Assembly: GCA_030141605.1 (NCBI GenBank)
Contig: JAQGDQ010000018.1
Location: 124,001-188,000, forward strand
From: Tubiluchus corallicola
Taxonomy: Eukaryota; Animalia; Priapulida
Length of the DNA stretch: 64,000 nt
Direction of reading: 5' to 3'
In this document: piece by piece, positions 12,101 to 23,847 of the stretch
Layout: every line of letters starts with the position of its first letter
How positions within the stretch are numbered: position 1 is the first letter of the stretch
Made by a program: the position numbers and the translations under genes
Notes under the pieces: generated by a model
Database searches by the model: none
The model's input: only the letters and a program-made list of their open reading frames with translations
What the model was told of the DNA's origin: nothing

Positions 12101-15100
12101 ATCACCAGCAAACAAGGGTTAATTCAATGTTATGTAATTGTTAAATTGTATAAAATAATGTTGCAACATCTTGTTATGGCCTTATTACGTGTTCTTTTGT
12201 ATGTCGACGGGTAGTTAATGTTTAGAGTGACAAATTTTTATCATATGCTATATATTAGGCATATATATATGTATGTTCTTGTCAAAGCTTGCACTTGAAA
12301 ATGTATTGTGACAATTGTGTACATAGATTTACTTTGTAAGTTAGTAAGTCTGTCAGTAATTTATGTTCTTTTTAGTGCTACTATTTCCTTATTTGTGTTT
12401 CTCACTTTGGCTATTTGCTTTCCTTTGTTTAGGTAGTACATGTTACAAAAGCGGCACGCTTGCACGTATAAAAATTTGGTTTTTTTAAATTCAAAGAATT
12501 TGTTAACTTTTAAAATTGTGGCATAACAAAACTACTCTAACTTGCATGGCAAGAGCAAGATAACTTTATTCAAGGCGAAATTCGTTGCTTTCTAGACTGT
12601 AATTCTTCATATTGACATTAATGCAAGCTTTTTAGAACATTCCTTGAGGCTGAGAACTGACATTGTAATTAAATTGCATTGTTATAACTTGCATGTGTGT
12701 TTGCATTGGTTTGTATCTTTAATCTTTGTGGAAATTTCAGATGAAGAAGAGGAAATTCACATGCGAAAACAGGGAGGTGGGTTGTCAGCAGCTAAGATCG
12801 AAAAGGGACCAGGAAACGTTACGATACGCAGAGGAAAAAAAGTCACAATCAAGGTACTAAATGTTTCTAACAAACATTTTGTGGTTAATATAAGCTTGAT
12901 ATTAACCCAGTTTCTAGTATAGGCTTTAAAGTGTCTAAACTTTCAACTTTGGTAATTTACTTTTTAGGGTACTGGTAAGTTAATTATAATGCATAAGCTA
13001 TTGGTTATTTTGAAATTTCCAGAAGCGACGTGTAAGGTATAAATCTGGTGTGTCTAATATTTGCTTGTTCAAGTTTCTATATGTCCGGGTGGCACAGAAA
13101 AAAAAACATTGAGATTTAATTTACACTACATTTCAAACCACCAGTCTATCAGTACATCTAAGCCCTTGCTCTAGCTACACACAGGATAAGCGTGGCATAT
13201 AATAGCCAAGAATTTGTGCTACCATATCCATTATCGAGTTGATCAACATTAGGCATTAGATGTGAAATGAAAAATATAGAAACCTTAAAAAAATCTTTAC
13301 AATAAGTTTGAACATCTTGTACTGTATTTACCTTTGCGTAACAAACTTTGCACTTAGGTAAGATTTGCGGGGGATCCTATTCCTGAAGTGAAATGGTTGA
13401 AAGGTGATAAGGAATTGTGCGCTGGAGGTCGTATAAGCATCGAAACACACAATAACTTAACCAAGCTTATCATCAGGTATGTGATTAATTTTATCAATTA
13501 TTTTTTACATATAATTTTGCAAATATAAAATAGTACGTGTAAAAGTATAATTTTGGTCTACTATTAATATGTGCGCTGTTTTATCTATAACTACTTTAAG
13601 CAGAATCAGATTCATGCTGATATTTCATATGTGTCTACTTATTCATTTTGTTAATTTAATTTATTTTATTTAATTTAACTTGGTTTATTTAATTTTTGAA
13701 CACCTTCCAAACATATTTTATTGTCAACCGGTTTCTAACTTATTATTGCTCATTTTCAAGACATTTAAAATACAAAAAAATCACCAGATTGTAGAAACAA
13801 TTTAAATGAAAAAAATCTTTGGTTACTACTGATTTATTTATTTACTACTGATTAAGTGGTTTCTACAATCAGATGATTGTTTTTGTAAATAATACCTTGA
13901 AAGTGAACAATATAGTGTTCAAAGAAGGTCAGCAATAAACTATATTCAGAGATGCTATACCTACATGCCAAATGTGGATAATTCTAATTGTTTTTTAAAC
14001 AATCCTAATCTTATTTTTGTTTTTAGTGAAACTGAATTTTTAGCAAAATGCCAACTTTGACAATAATTTCAATTTTTACTGTTTTTTATTTACAGAGATG
14101 TTCGACCGGAAGACAATGATAAATACACACTTACAGTGGAAAACAGTAGGGGAAGTGACTCTTGCAGTACCACATTAACTGTTGAAGGTTTTTGTGACAC
14201 ATTTATGAACATTCTGATTTTATTAATTATTATATCCATGTAGTATATGCAAAATAAAACATAAGACATAAATGAAAGTGAAATTAATTAATTTTTATAT
14301 ATATTTTGTTTCTTACATTGTTTTGGTTGCAGCAGCAAAGTAGTGACTTAGTGGTATCTTATAGGTGTAAATATTTATGATAGTAAATTTACATTTGCAG
14401 ACGTACCTGAGGCCCCAGTGGGACAACCAATTGTGAGCGATATTGCTGCTAACTCTTGCAAGCTCAGCTGGTCACCGCCTGTGTTTGATGGTGGATCTGC
14501 AATTACTGGTTATACTGTTGAACTATGCAAGGCCAAAGACAAACGATGGAAGGTAAACTTATTTGTAACAAATATTTCTGTCAGAATCACTCCAAATAAC
14601 ATTTAATTGTGTTTCATATAATTTTTGTCTTTCCATAGTTTGTAGTCTGGTTGCTGCTTTTATTTCTTCATGCGGAAAGTCAAACACTTCTCACTGAGGT
14701 TTTGTTGCTTTTCACAGGTAGTCAAAGAAGGTGTTCAAGGCCTCTCTTACGAAGTAAGACGCTTACAACCTGAGACAAAATACTTGTTTAGAGTTAGAGC
14801 ACAGAACACTCATGGTTCTAGTGAGCCTAGTGAAAGCTCTGAACCATGCACAACTTTGGAAGGAGGTATTTACGTATTAGGCATTGTTTGTGTAATTGTA
14901 TTTCGTATAAATAAGTTTGCTTATTCATTCTGTGATTATTTTACAATGGATGTAAAGACGCTTTAGTTATGAAACTGTATTTCAAACTATATTACAATAG
15001 TATTTTTACACTCTTGTATCACAGTTATATCAAGTTTAATATTACAGAGGAAGAATGGCCTTATGAACCAAAACATGTTGTCCTGCAAGAAAATACACAC

Positions 15101-18100
15101 ATCCGTGACAAGTATGAGATTAAAGAAGAAATTGGAAAGTGAGTGTACATTAATTTGTAGCTTGTTTGATTGAATACACTAGAACAATAGAATATTTGTT
15201 AAAGTGAAAATTTATTGTGTGTGCTATATTATATAGTTTTGAACCAAAATTTGTTGATGAAGCCATTTACTTTTGGTTTCTGTTAGTGTTCATGTGAAAC
15301 ATTTGAAAACACTAGTGCAACAAAGTTTAACGTCTTGACTTTTTTTAGAGGTCGGTTCAGCACGGTCCATAAATGTGTTGACAAACACACTGGAAAAGAG
15401 TACGCATGTAAACTGATTAATGCAATTAAGCAAAGCACTCGCAAAGCTGTGCGTGATGAAATTGACACAATGAATCATTTACATCATCCTAAACTGCTTC
15501 AGGCCACAGATGGTTTCTCTCAGGGAAAATACATGGCTATTGTAACTGAATTGTAAGTACAGATTAAATTTGAAAGAAAATTGCTACAAATTGTTTTATA
15601 AGTCTAGTATTCTAATTGCTTATTTGCTTGTTTTAGAATCCCAGGTGGTGAATTGCTAGAACGCATCACTTCACCAAATTACATTCTGACTGAAAAAGAC
15701 TGTATTATATTCATGAGGCAACTTTGTGAAGCCCTGAAGCACATGCACGATGAAGGCTATATTCATTTGGATATTAAACCTGGTAAGATGTGTACAGTTT
15801 TTCTTCAAATTAATTTAGTAGTTTCTTAATTTGAGTAGACATTAATAGTATAAGAAATTAGTTTATTGTTACATCAAAGTCACTTCGCTTATTTTATATG
15901 CTAAACTATTATCATTTTGTGTTTTAGAAAATCTGCTCTGCATTGGTGAAAACAGCACGCAGGTAAAGCTTTGTGATTTCAATTTATCGAGGAAATATAA
16001 ACCAGGTGACCAATTGAAAGTCATGCATGGAACTGCTGAGTTTGCAGCACCCGAGGTTGTAAATTATGAACCAGTTGAAACTGCAACTGATATGTGGAGT
16101 GTTGGAGTTGTTTCTTATGCTCTGTAAGTAGTTTTTTAACAGAAACAGTGACTCATTAGTGGGTAGCAATGAATTTTGTATATGCCATTTTTGTAAAATG
16201 TATCATTTGATTTGTTAGTTACTTCAGTAATTGTTTAGTTTGTTAAGCTATAATAAAATGGCATTATTTTCTAGTACATGATTGCTTATGATAGGAAAGG
16301 CTTGTGATTGCTTTTGTTAAGAAAAGCTAATTTGTTTTGCAGGCTTTCTGGACTGTCCCCATTCGCAGGTGATTCAGATCAAGAGACATTATCTAATGTC
16401 ACAAAAGCAAAATGGGATTTTGATGACAGTGCCTTTACTAATATTTCCGATGAAGGCAAAGATTTTATTAAGAAACTTCTTGTCAAAGAGCCAAAGTAAG
16501 ATAACATTTACTATTTTTGTAAATCTGTTTCACCTTGTATTTCTGTACAGGTTATGCCTATGCAAACTAAATGCAGTATAATAAGACAAGGTCATCTGTC
16601 AATGCTGAGTTTAACAATATTCTTCATTTTTCGTGTCGTGCACTGCTATCTTTTTTAAAAACCATGTGTTACTGTTTATAAGGAGCAGTTTATATATTAC
16701 CATACTGCTGAATTTAGTGATTGATTTTGCTTTTTTGTACATATTGTAGCATAGTTATTTTTGATTTACAAACTTTTTGGTAGTCTGTTAATCAATGCCA
16801 ATGAAATGGCCAATATTCCTATTCTAGTTTGTTTTGACAAGTTACAGGTTTTATAAAACAACTGATATATTATAGGAAACGACTAAGTGCTTCCGAATGT
16901 CTACAACATCCTTGGTTGGCACAGGATGCTAATAGGTACAAGGGTAATAGTATCAGCACAGATCAACACAGGAAGTTGCTAACTAAAAGGAAATGGCAGG
17001 TATGCCTTTTCTGTTGTCTTAGACTTCAGACTTGGTAGATAACTGTAACATAAGTGTGGGTGTGTTGTTTGGCATATTCGCGTGTGATATTAGGTCAAAG
17101 TAATTAGCCCAGGCTTTGAAATTTTGCACTTAAGTTTGTGATTGCTATTGTTATAGGTAAGGGAAAATTTTATTAAACTAAATTTAATTAATGTTTTAGC
17201 TTAATGAGGTTCGTTTATATATATACGAATATTGTGAGGTGAATTTGTCTCTAACTTTGTTTAACCATACACATAGTATTTGTACAAGTAACAGTTAGGC
17301 TGTAGATGCATGGTTTGTTTAGCTGCTTGTTTGTTCATTTTTTTAGAAAGTTGGAAATGCTGTGATTGCTCTGTCTCGTTTAACCGTTTCGCATGGTGGT
17401 TGTCAAAACTTTGTTCGTGCACCAACCGATAATACTAAATGTGTACAGTTTGAAACATTCGAATATCCAGAGGCGCCGAACATACAGACACTAGGTGTTT
17501 TATGTGAAAGCGTAACTGATGATGATGCTCCCAGTGACACTTCTTTCTTCGAGCAGTATAGTGATGCAAATGACATTTCAGTGTTTGATGATTCTGAATT
17601 AAGCCACGAATCAAATTCACGTAATTTTGAAAGAGTAGCATATAAAGTGCCTCAGTGCAAACTGACAGTAGTGATGTCTCATGCATCTAACATGCTTGAC
17701 GAAATCCCTTGTGTTTCGTCAAATACTACAAAAGTGTCGAGAACCGTTCACGAAACAAATGACAGTGCTTTATGTATTGAGTTTGATGAAGCAACAGATT
17801 TTGCTGACTATGTGGTCATTATTGATAAACAACCAAGTTCTGTTGCTAATTTACGATGTATCAATGACGATGAACCAAAGTCTCATGGTCAGATTTCATT
17901 CGACAGCTGTAAAGATAATCAATTTGAACCTGAGGTTAACTTAGACTTGGCATGTAATATTGGTGGTGATCGAAGCATCCAGTCTTCTGACAGTAAACTA
18001 GTCATGACAAGTAGTGCTTGGCCAGTCTCTAGTACACGTCAGGCACTATCTCCTTTTGATGATTCATCAAGTGAGAAAGGTGATGAAGGTACCTACACTT

Positions 18101-19173
18101 CTCATGACCAATCACCAATTGCTTCTGCTACTGTACAATCTGTTAGTCTTACTAAAAACATGTTTCAGAAGCTTCTGCGTCCCACACCTCACCCTAGAAA
18201 AACTAGTGCCACTAACAGTAGTAAAAGCAAAGGACAGCTCAGTGTACAAGAATTAATAAAATGCTTTGAACCCACTAACACAGTTAGTTCTAAACCCCGA
18301 CAGTTGAGGAGAATGTCTTCACTCAATGCTTCCAGTTCTATTTTTAATCCAGACAAATCTATAAAAGATGAGATGGAAGAGGCAGAGAAGAAAAAAATCG
18401 CAGATGATGAATTGGCATATCAGTTGTCACCCAAAATAGTCGACATAGTTGAATTTCCTAGATAACCTGCATGAATTGAATAACACTGCATTTTTTGGCA
18501 TTATTTGCATTGGTGAGCTTGATAACATATATTTAATTAGAACTTGATAGCATTTATTTACAGTTATCGTAAGTACTAATCATGTTTGTTATTTCTGGAA
18601 TTAATAGTAATCACTTTCTTAGTTTTTCTGGTAATAGTCTTTTTTTAATGTTGTACAGCTTGATAGTTGTTCAAAGAGTTGTTTTATAAATATTTTAATA
18701 AAGGTAGAAAACTGTAAACATTTAAGAGAATCATAAAGCTGAACTTCATTGCTGATGCACTGAACCTTCGTATAACAAATTTTACATACTTGTAGTACAT
18801 TAACTTGGCACAGCTTGATATGCAGTCGCTAATTAAGATAATTCAACCTTGTTATTGAACTTAATTTATGTCCACCAGGGTGAGCAACTACTACAAAAAC
18901 CTAAATTTGAGAAGAAGATGCAAGACGTCTGTGCAAAAGAAGGAAGTAGTGCAACATTTTCTGTAACTGTAACTGGTTTACCTGAACCAGATGTTGTATT
19001 CTTCCAAGATGGTGAAATTATCGAAGATGATGAGAAACACCTGTTTACTTACGAAGAAGATGGCACTTGTTCAATGACAATACCTGATGTAGACATGGAA
19101 GATCAGGATCAGTATGAGTGCACAGCTACCAATTCTGTTGGTGAAGATAAATGCACAGCTCAGCTGACATTAG
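1..19173 (+). CDS. MYLK: MYLK-like (smooth-muscle-type myosin light chain kinase) portion of a giant multi-exon gene; 5' incomplete; exons 1-16
   Basis: Spliced product reads Ig - DFRRVL - Ig - Ig - Fn3 - kinase (GKGRFSTV, YACK, HLDIKPEN, DFN, AAPE, LSGLSPF) - [17 protein letters not shown] (CaM-binding like) - telokin-like Ig. Same domain order as vertebrate smMLCK. GT-AG introns with matching phases; the exon 15 donor is unresolved. Confidence 0.85.
5841..6053 (+). CDS. exon 2: DFRxxL motif and N-half of Ig
   Basis: cacag acceptor; [63 protein letters not shown]; phases 2/2. Confidence 0.9.
6074..6598. mobile_element. non-autonomous hAT-like DNA transposon (MITE), ~525 bp
   Basis: Perfect terminal inverted repeats CAGTGGCGGCTCGT / ACGAGCCGCCACTG. 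8-bp flanks AGTAATAC / GGTAATAT look like a degenerate TSD. Internal direct repeat TGCAGCACCCCC near both ends. Confidence 0.8.
6858..6863 (-). terminator. candidate polyadenylation signal of the DNAJB9-like gene
   Basis: AATAAA on the minus strand ~140 nt downstream of the stop; the hexamer is common in AT-rich DNA. Confidence 0.4.
7002..7625 (-). CDS. DNAJB9: DnaJ homolog subfamily B member 9 (ERdj4)-like ER co-chaperone; intronless CDS nested in an intron
   Basis: 207-aa ORF with a hydrophobic signal peptide, a J domain with HPD (KYHPDKN), a G/F-H-rich region and C-terminal [19 protein letters not shown] matching the DNAJB9 end motif. Confidence 0.92.
   Translation of the reverse strand: MDGSQLLMFVFIFCIYVTPAKGDGPGNNDNEDNNSKNYYKVLGVERTATEKEIKKAFRKLALKYHPDKNKDNDAESKFRKIAEAYEVLSDRDKRAQYDNFGQSGTWANTGTTFDFDFKAFFKNFDEHFKHHNEFHQRAQHGDNGDGIFDFDSLFDDIGDDEDFHFRSHFQNHFQNHGAAGGFSGHQQSCKTVTKREGNTVTTYTTCS
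8012..8106. repeat. degenerate ~40-bp tandem repeat (2-3 copies)
   Basis: catcagcctatagaattttcttttcaa / catcaacctatagaattttctctttttcaa / catcagtctat. Confidence 0.6.
8739..8747 (+). promoter_or_regulatory. candidate UPRE (XBP1 site) upstream of DNAJB9
   Basis: TGACGTGGA matches the UPRE consensus TGACGTGG/A, ~1.1 kb upstream of the DNAJB9 ATG. Confidence 0.3.
9846..9994 (+). CDS. exon 3: C-half of Ig
   Basis: [49 protein letters not shown]; phases 2/1. Confidence 0.9.
12741..12853 (+). CDS. exon 4: linker and start of Ig
   Basis: [38 protein letters not shown]; phases 1/0. Confidence 0.85.
13358..13476 (+). CDS. exon 5: Ig middle
   Basis: [39 protein letters not shown]; phases 0/2. Confidence 0.9.
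14096..14187 (+). CDS. exon 6: Ig end
   Basis: [30 protein letters not shown]; phases 2/1. Confidence 0.9.
14401..14552 (+). CDS. exon 7: pre-kinase Fn3, N-half
   Basis: [41 protein letters not shown]; phases 1/0. Confidence 0.9.
14718..14865 (+). CDS. exon 8: pre-kinase Fn3, C-half
   Basis: [38 protein letters not shown]; phases 0/1. Confidence 0.9.
15048..15138 (+). CDS. exon 9: kinase N-terminal linker
   Basis: [30 protein letters not shown]; phases 1/2. Confidence 0.9.
15349..15552 (+). CDS. exon 10: kinase subdomains I-V
   Basis: [23 protein letters not shown]...[14 protein letters not shown]...IVTEL; phases 2/2. Confidence 0.92.
15637..15782 (+). CDS. exon 11: kinase, to the catalytic loop
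   Basis: [48 protein letters not shown]; phases 2/1. Confidence 0.92.
15928..16123 (+). CDS. exon 12: kinase activation segment
   Basis: [65 protein letters not shown]; phases 1/2. Confidence 0.92.
16343..16495 (+). CDS. exon 13: kinase C-lobe
   Basis: [50 protein letters not shown]; phases 2/2. Confidence 0.92.
16876..16999 (+). CDS. exon 14: kinase end and autoinhibitory segment
   Basis: [41 protein letters not shown]; phases 2/0. Confidence 0.92.
17347..18465 (+). CDS. exon 15: CaM-binding C-half plus ~1.1 kb Ser/Asp-rich region; 3' boundary uncertain
   Basis: ttttag acceptor, then [12 protein letters not shown]; frame open to TAA at 18463-18465. Possible phase-0 donors at 18283 (ACA|GTTAGT), 18439 and 18448. 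Confidence 0.75.
   Translation, partial: KVGNAVIALSRLTVSHGGCQNFVRAPTDNTKCVQFETFEYPEAPNIQTLGVLCESVTDDDAPSDTSFFEQYSDANDISVFDDSELSHESNSRNFERVAYKVPQCKLTVVMSHASNMLDEIPCVSSNTTKVSRTVHETNDSALCIEFDEATDFADYVVIIDKQPSSVANLRCINDDEPKSHGQISFDSCKDNQFEPEVNLDLACNIGGDRSIQSSDSKLVMTSSAWPVSSTRQALSPFDDSSSEKGDEGTYTSHDQSPIASATVQSVSLTKNMFQKLLRPTPHPRKTSATNSSKSKGQLSVQELIKCFEPTNTVSSKPRQLRRMSSLNASSSIFNPDKSIKDEMEEAEKKKIADDELAYQLSPKIVDIVEFPR
18879..19173 (+). CDS. exon 16: telokin-like Ig domain
   Basis: [39 protein letters not shown]...[11 protein letters not shown]...[20 protein letters not shown], resembling the smMLCK C-terminal Ig (YDEDGNCSLII...CTAEL); phases 0/1. Confidence 0.88.
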
Positions 19174-19807
19174 GTTTGTATATGCATGGCAATGTTATGA
19201 TTGTTGTGATGATGATGATTCACATGTATATGCATGACAGTGTCATAGTGATTATTGCTAATTCTAAGTTTTTTTGTTTGCATCAAGATTTGAAATGTTT
19301 TATTGTTTAGTTAATTTAATAGAGCCGAATCCAGTAATACGATCCCATGGATTTCAAAATACTTTTTTAGATTAAGCCCGTTTTGCACTACTCATTACTT
19401 GTATTGTCGTCCTTGAAAGATTAGAGGCCCGGGGAACTTAGACATTTTTTCCCGGTGAGCATTAGTGACATTAAGTTACCATGCACACATCATGTATGCA
19501 TGATAATGTCTATGGATATGAACTGAATTAGTTACTGTACTGCAAAGTCATTTTAACATTAGTCTTTAGCTGTTCTGAGTGGCCATTATAGGTTAACCAC
19601 TAGTGAAACAATAAAAATAAGAACAGTCATTTTTATTTTGAAACGTAAATGAACAAAAGCAGTTAAATGAAGTTGCTTTAAGTTTTTTTATTATCTGGTG
19701 TACTCTGTAGTCTAGACTACAGCAAACAGCGGCAGCTTTGAAGGCACCTAGTGTATATTAAAATGTTTTGGTGCTACTGCAGGGAAAATAGCATGCTGTA
19801 CAGATGT

Positions 19808-19915
19808 TTGTATTAGCATTTAGATTTCTTAATAACCATAGACGATTGTATAACCATATTATATTGTATAACGATTGTATTAGCATTTAGATTTCTTAAT
19901 AACCTTAGACATTGT
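19808..19915. repeat. direct repeat, two ~40-bp copies
   Basis: ttgtattagcatttagatttcttaataacc(a/t)tagac occurs twice. Confidence 0.7.
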
Positions 19916-20992
19916 GGCAGACTCTTGAATCGTATTAATAAGATTCGGAGTAGTTTTTTATCATAATTGCCTTTTTTGGTGTTTCTAATTACTTTAATAA
20001 TTCTTTAAAAGAATTTGTTTTGTTCGTTTGTCAAGATTGTATCAAAAGCTTGGCTAGTAGTGTTTTTCATTTGTTTTTTTTGTTTGCTGGTATTGTAATA
20101 AGTTGCCTTATTGCTTTCACTAGCAAAGTAGATTAACAAGAAACCACAAATGTGTTTTGTATAAGTTTTAAACTGAATTTTTTAAGATGCATGCAGTATT
20201 TATAAAAATGATGTATTGCTGTTTGATACTTTTGCATGACTAACTTGATGTGAGCTTGCTGTAATTTATTCATAATAAATATTTTTTCTTAAATTTATTT
20301 GTTTATGCACGTTATATTTTAATTCTTTTATAATTGATCTACATTCATTTAACAAGCTTCGTAACCTCCACTCGTTTGTCTTTAGTTCATACTTCATATT
20401 CACCCACTAGAGACAGTAATGTGTTTCTAAATATTCACAGGTTGTTAGTTGGTTGTACACTTTTGCTGCAAATAATGCCATGTGATCCCCATGCAGTGTA
20501 AGATAGAACAAAATAGGCATGGCATTGTTTATTGAATTTTTATATCTTTGGTTTATTTTTAATTGTGTCCGACAAATGTATAGTGGCACTGAAAATCGAC
20601 AATTGTTTGGCTTTCAGTGCATTATAATATTTGTGCATTACAAATAGCACATTATAATATTTCTACACATACAAACTACTGAAAATTAAATGGAACACTG
20701 CAGACTGCAGTATCTAATACCTGGAGTTCAAGAAAGTGGCTACCTTGAGTCCTCATCCAAATTTGTGCAAAATATTAATTTTCTACCTTAGGCAATAGAG
20801 GAATTTACTTTTCAACAGTTTGTAACAACTGCAGTAACTAAATTAGTACCCACAGTTCCTTTGAAACTAATATTTTGGATCACAATGCATAATTAACTAC
20901 AGTAATCAAAAACAAATTTTAATCATTAACTATTAAGATATGGTATGAAACAAATGCTACTCATTAAGATATTCTGACAACAATTTTACTAG

Positions 20993-21049
20993 AAGCTGCA
21001 CCTGGAAAAGGTATCCGGAAAAAAAGACCTGGTTCAAAAGCAAAGAAAG
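20993..21049 (+). CDS. exon 17: basic linker micro-exon
   Basis: ttttactag acceptor; EAAPGKGIRKKRPGSKAKK; G|GTAGGT donor; phases 1/1. Confidence 0.65.
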
Positions 21050-23588
21050 GTAGGTGTGCATATTTTAATTTGTTTGTGAGTACTGTACTTGTTTTAGGCA
21101 AAAAGCTAACACGAAAGGTGGCAAAAGCTATACACATTAATTAATCGAGATAATATTGAAATTAATCACAACATCTCTGATGGAGAAAATAATGCAGTTT
21201 TCCATTTTAAGAACTAGTAGTCGTTTGTACTGTTTCCATTTTTTTCTGAAGCACATTATTGAGGTAATACTGAAGTGTTGTGTACAAACATTTATGTTAA
21301 ACATGATAGAATCTGCAGACATGTTATACTGAAGTGTTGTTCAAACATTTATGTTAAACATGACAGGATCTGCAGAAGCTACCGTTCAAACATATTTAAA
21401 AAAAAATTCTTTGCAAATGTTCTGATTCAAGATGCACAGCCCATGCAAAACAACACAACCAACGTGTTTAAATGAGCAAAATGAAACATTTTGCAGTTTG
21501 TGTTAATTACTAGGTACAGTGCACAAATACTTGTGAACAAAAACTTCGCTTGTATAAGTTTAAGATTCACTAATTTGGTATATTTTTTGTAAATTAAATA
21601 ACAGTGTCGGTGTGTTTCATGTAAGTTCTTTTGTAACAAGAAACTGAAGAAAGAGAAAATCTTGTATGTTTGAAGCAAAGCAAGTTTCACTACTCTTTAT
21701 TTACAGGTCTACAAGAAGCTACAGAAGGACCTCTTATGCCAACTGGACCTCTGCGTGTCACTGTTCTCACCAAGGATTCCATCGAAGTCGACTGGCAACC
21801 ACCTTTGTACAAGAAAGGAGCAGAACCATCACATTATATCATAGAATATCGCAATCTTACTCTGGGAGAAGACGCACGCTTCCTCAAGTAAGATTCGCTG
21901 AACAAGTTGGATGTCAGTGATTCTCAGCCGTCTCACTGTTCAACTTTTCCGTCTTCACTGTCTATCCCTGTTGCCATGTTATATTCCCCCAGTTTTGCCA
22001 CATTTTCTGTTCCTTTATATTGAAGCAGTGTAATAAGTGATGCTTTTGTGATGTTATTTGAAGGCATAGCTTTTTATTTTATTCTAAAATGCTTTTTTAT
22101 TTTAACTTGACATCAGAAAATAACAACTGTGTGCAGCAATTCATGCAGCTAAAATATTTTACTTTATTATTCTAATGTGACTGATGATTAATTGTATAAT
22201 GCTATTAACGTCTGCTTGGTGGCTGAGAAAATCTACAACTGGCTAAAAAACGTTGTTAAAAGATACAGGCAGACCTGCTAAACGTGTGAAAATTGATCAG
22301 CTCAGTAAGAGATCTTTTGCAACCTGTTTTTTAAATACATTTTATTTATACTGAATGACAATGTTTATGGTGACTCGTAACTGTCATAAATTATTTATCA
22401 CTCACATGATTAAGCCAGTTATCTACATGTCTGAGTTATTACAGCACTTACATTGAGTAGCTGGGAGTTGCCACATGGTAGGGACTGGCAGTAAAAACTG
22501 ATATTTTACCGACAAATGGCACACTTCTTTGTGACTGACTAAACATCTCTCTAGATGTTGGTTTTAGTCGCAAAGAGATACTGTAAAGATTATGACAGGT
22601 GGTATAGTCGTAATTTTTACAGTTGTTTCGTTTGTTTTTGCAGTGGACTGATCTGATTCACCATTATAATTCATCGTGTTGCTGTAGTATTTAAAACAAC
22701 ATTATAACATTTTGATATTATAACTATTAGAGCTTTGCTAATCATTCAGCACAGAAATACTGCAGTAATCACTATTAATCGCTTTTTTATAACAGTACTC
22801 TTTTACTTGCTCAAACTAGTGCCTATTGCATTCCAGTACTCTAACTATCTGATACATTATTAGTATGCACTCTTGTTTTGGTGTGAGCATTATTCGAGAT
22901 GAAATTGGTAACATTTATATGTGTGAAAGCGCAAACCCGTGTGCAAATTTTCCACTTTCTGCCGCAGAATTTACAAGCTTATTAACAACTTTCTCCTAAT
23001 ATCACCATGATTTTAGTTTTTGTCAGTTTTCATTTTGAAACTTGCTTAATCAGTTGCTGAAGTTAAATACCTGACAAAGTATACAGAGAAGTGCAAATAG
23101 CAAAGTGAAATTATTTCTTGTTGCTTTTGTGATACACGTTTCAGATTACAGTGATTAATGCAAATGAGTTTTACATTCAAACTTTGTATTTTTAATTTGA
23201 CTCTATTTTTGAAGCTGATACAAAAACGAACATTGCAAACTTAATAAATGATCATTAAATGCACATGTTTTCTTCATTCTTCATATCATGCTACTGTTTG
23301 TCAAAACAGTTAAGAGACATAATATTTATTTATTTATTGATTACTCAATTAGTGCATATGTTTTGTGTCTTTTTTAGATTACCGGCTGACCAGACATACA
23401 GTGTGTTTGAAGAACTTATCGAAAATCATCGGTATTTTATCGGAGTTGCAGCAGAAAATGCATTTGGAGTTAGTGATCCACTTGAAGTTGTTGTCGTTAT
23501 TGGACAAATCGGACCGAGGGGTATGTTTTATTTAACTCCCACCTTTCTCTCTCTCTCTCTCTCTCTCCCTCCCTCTCTCCCTCCCTCC

Positions 23589-23674
<86 letters not shown>

Positions 23675-23755
23675 CTCTCTGTGTCTCTGTGTCTCTGTGT
23701 CTCTGTGTCTCTGTGTCTCTGTGTCTCTGTGTCTCTGTGTCTCTGTGTCTCTGTG

Positions 23756-23847
<92 letters not shown>

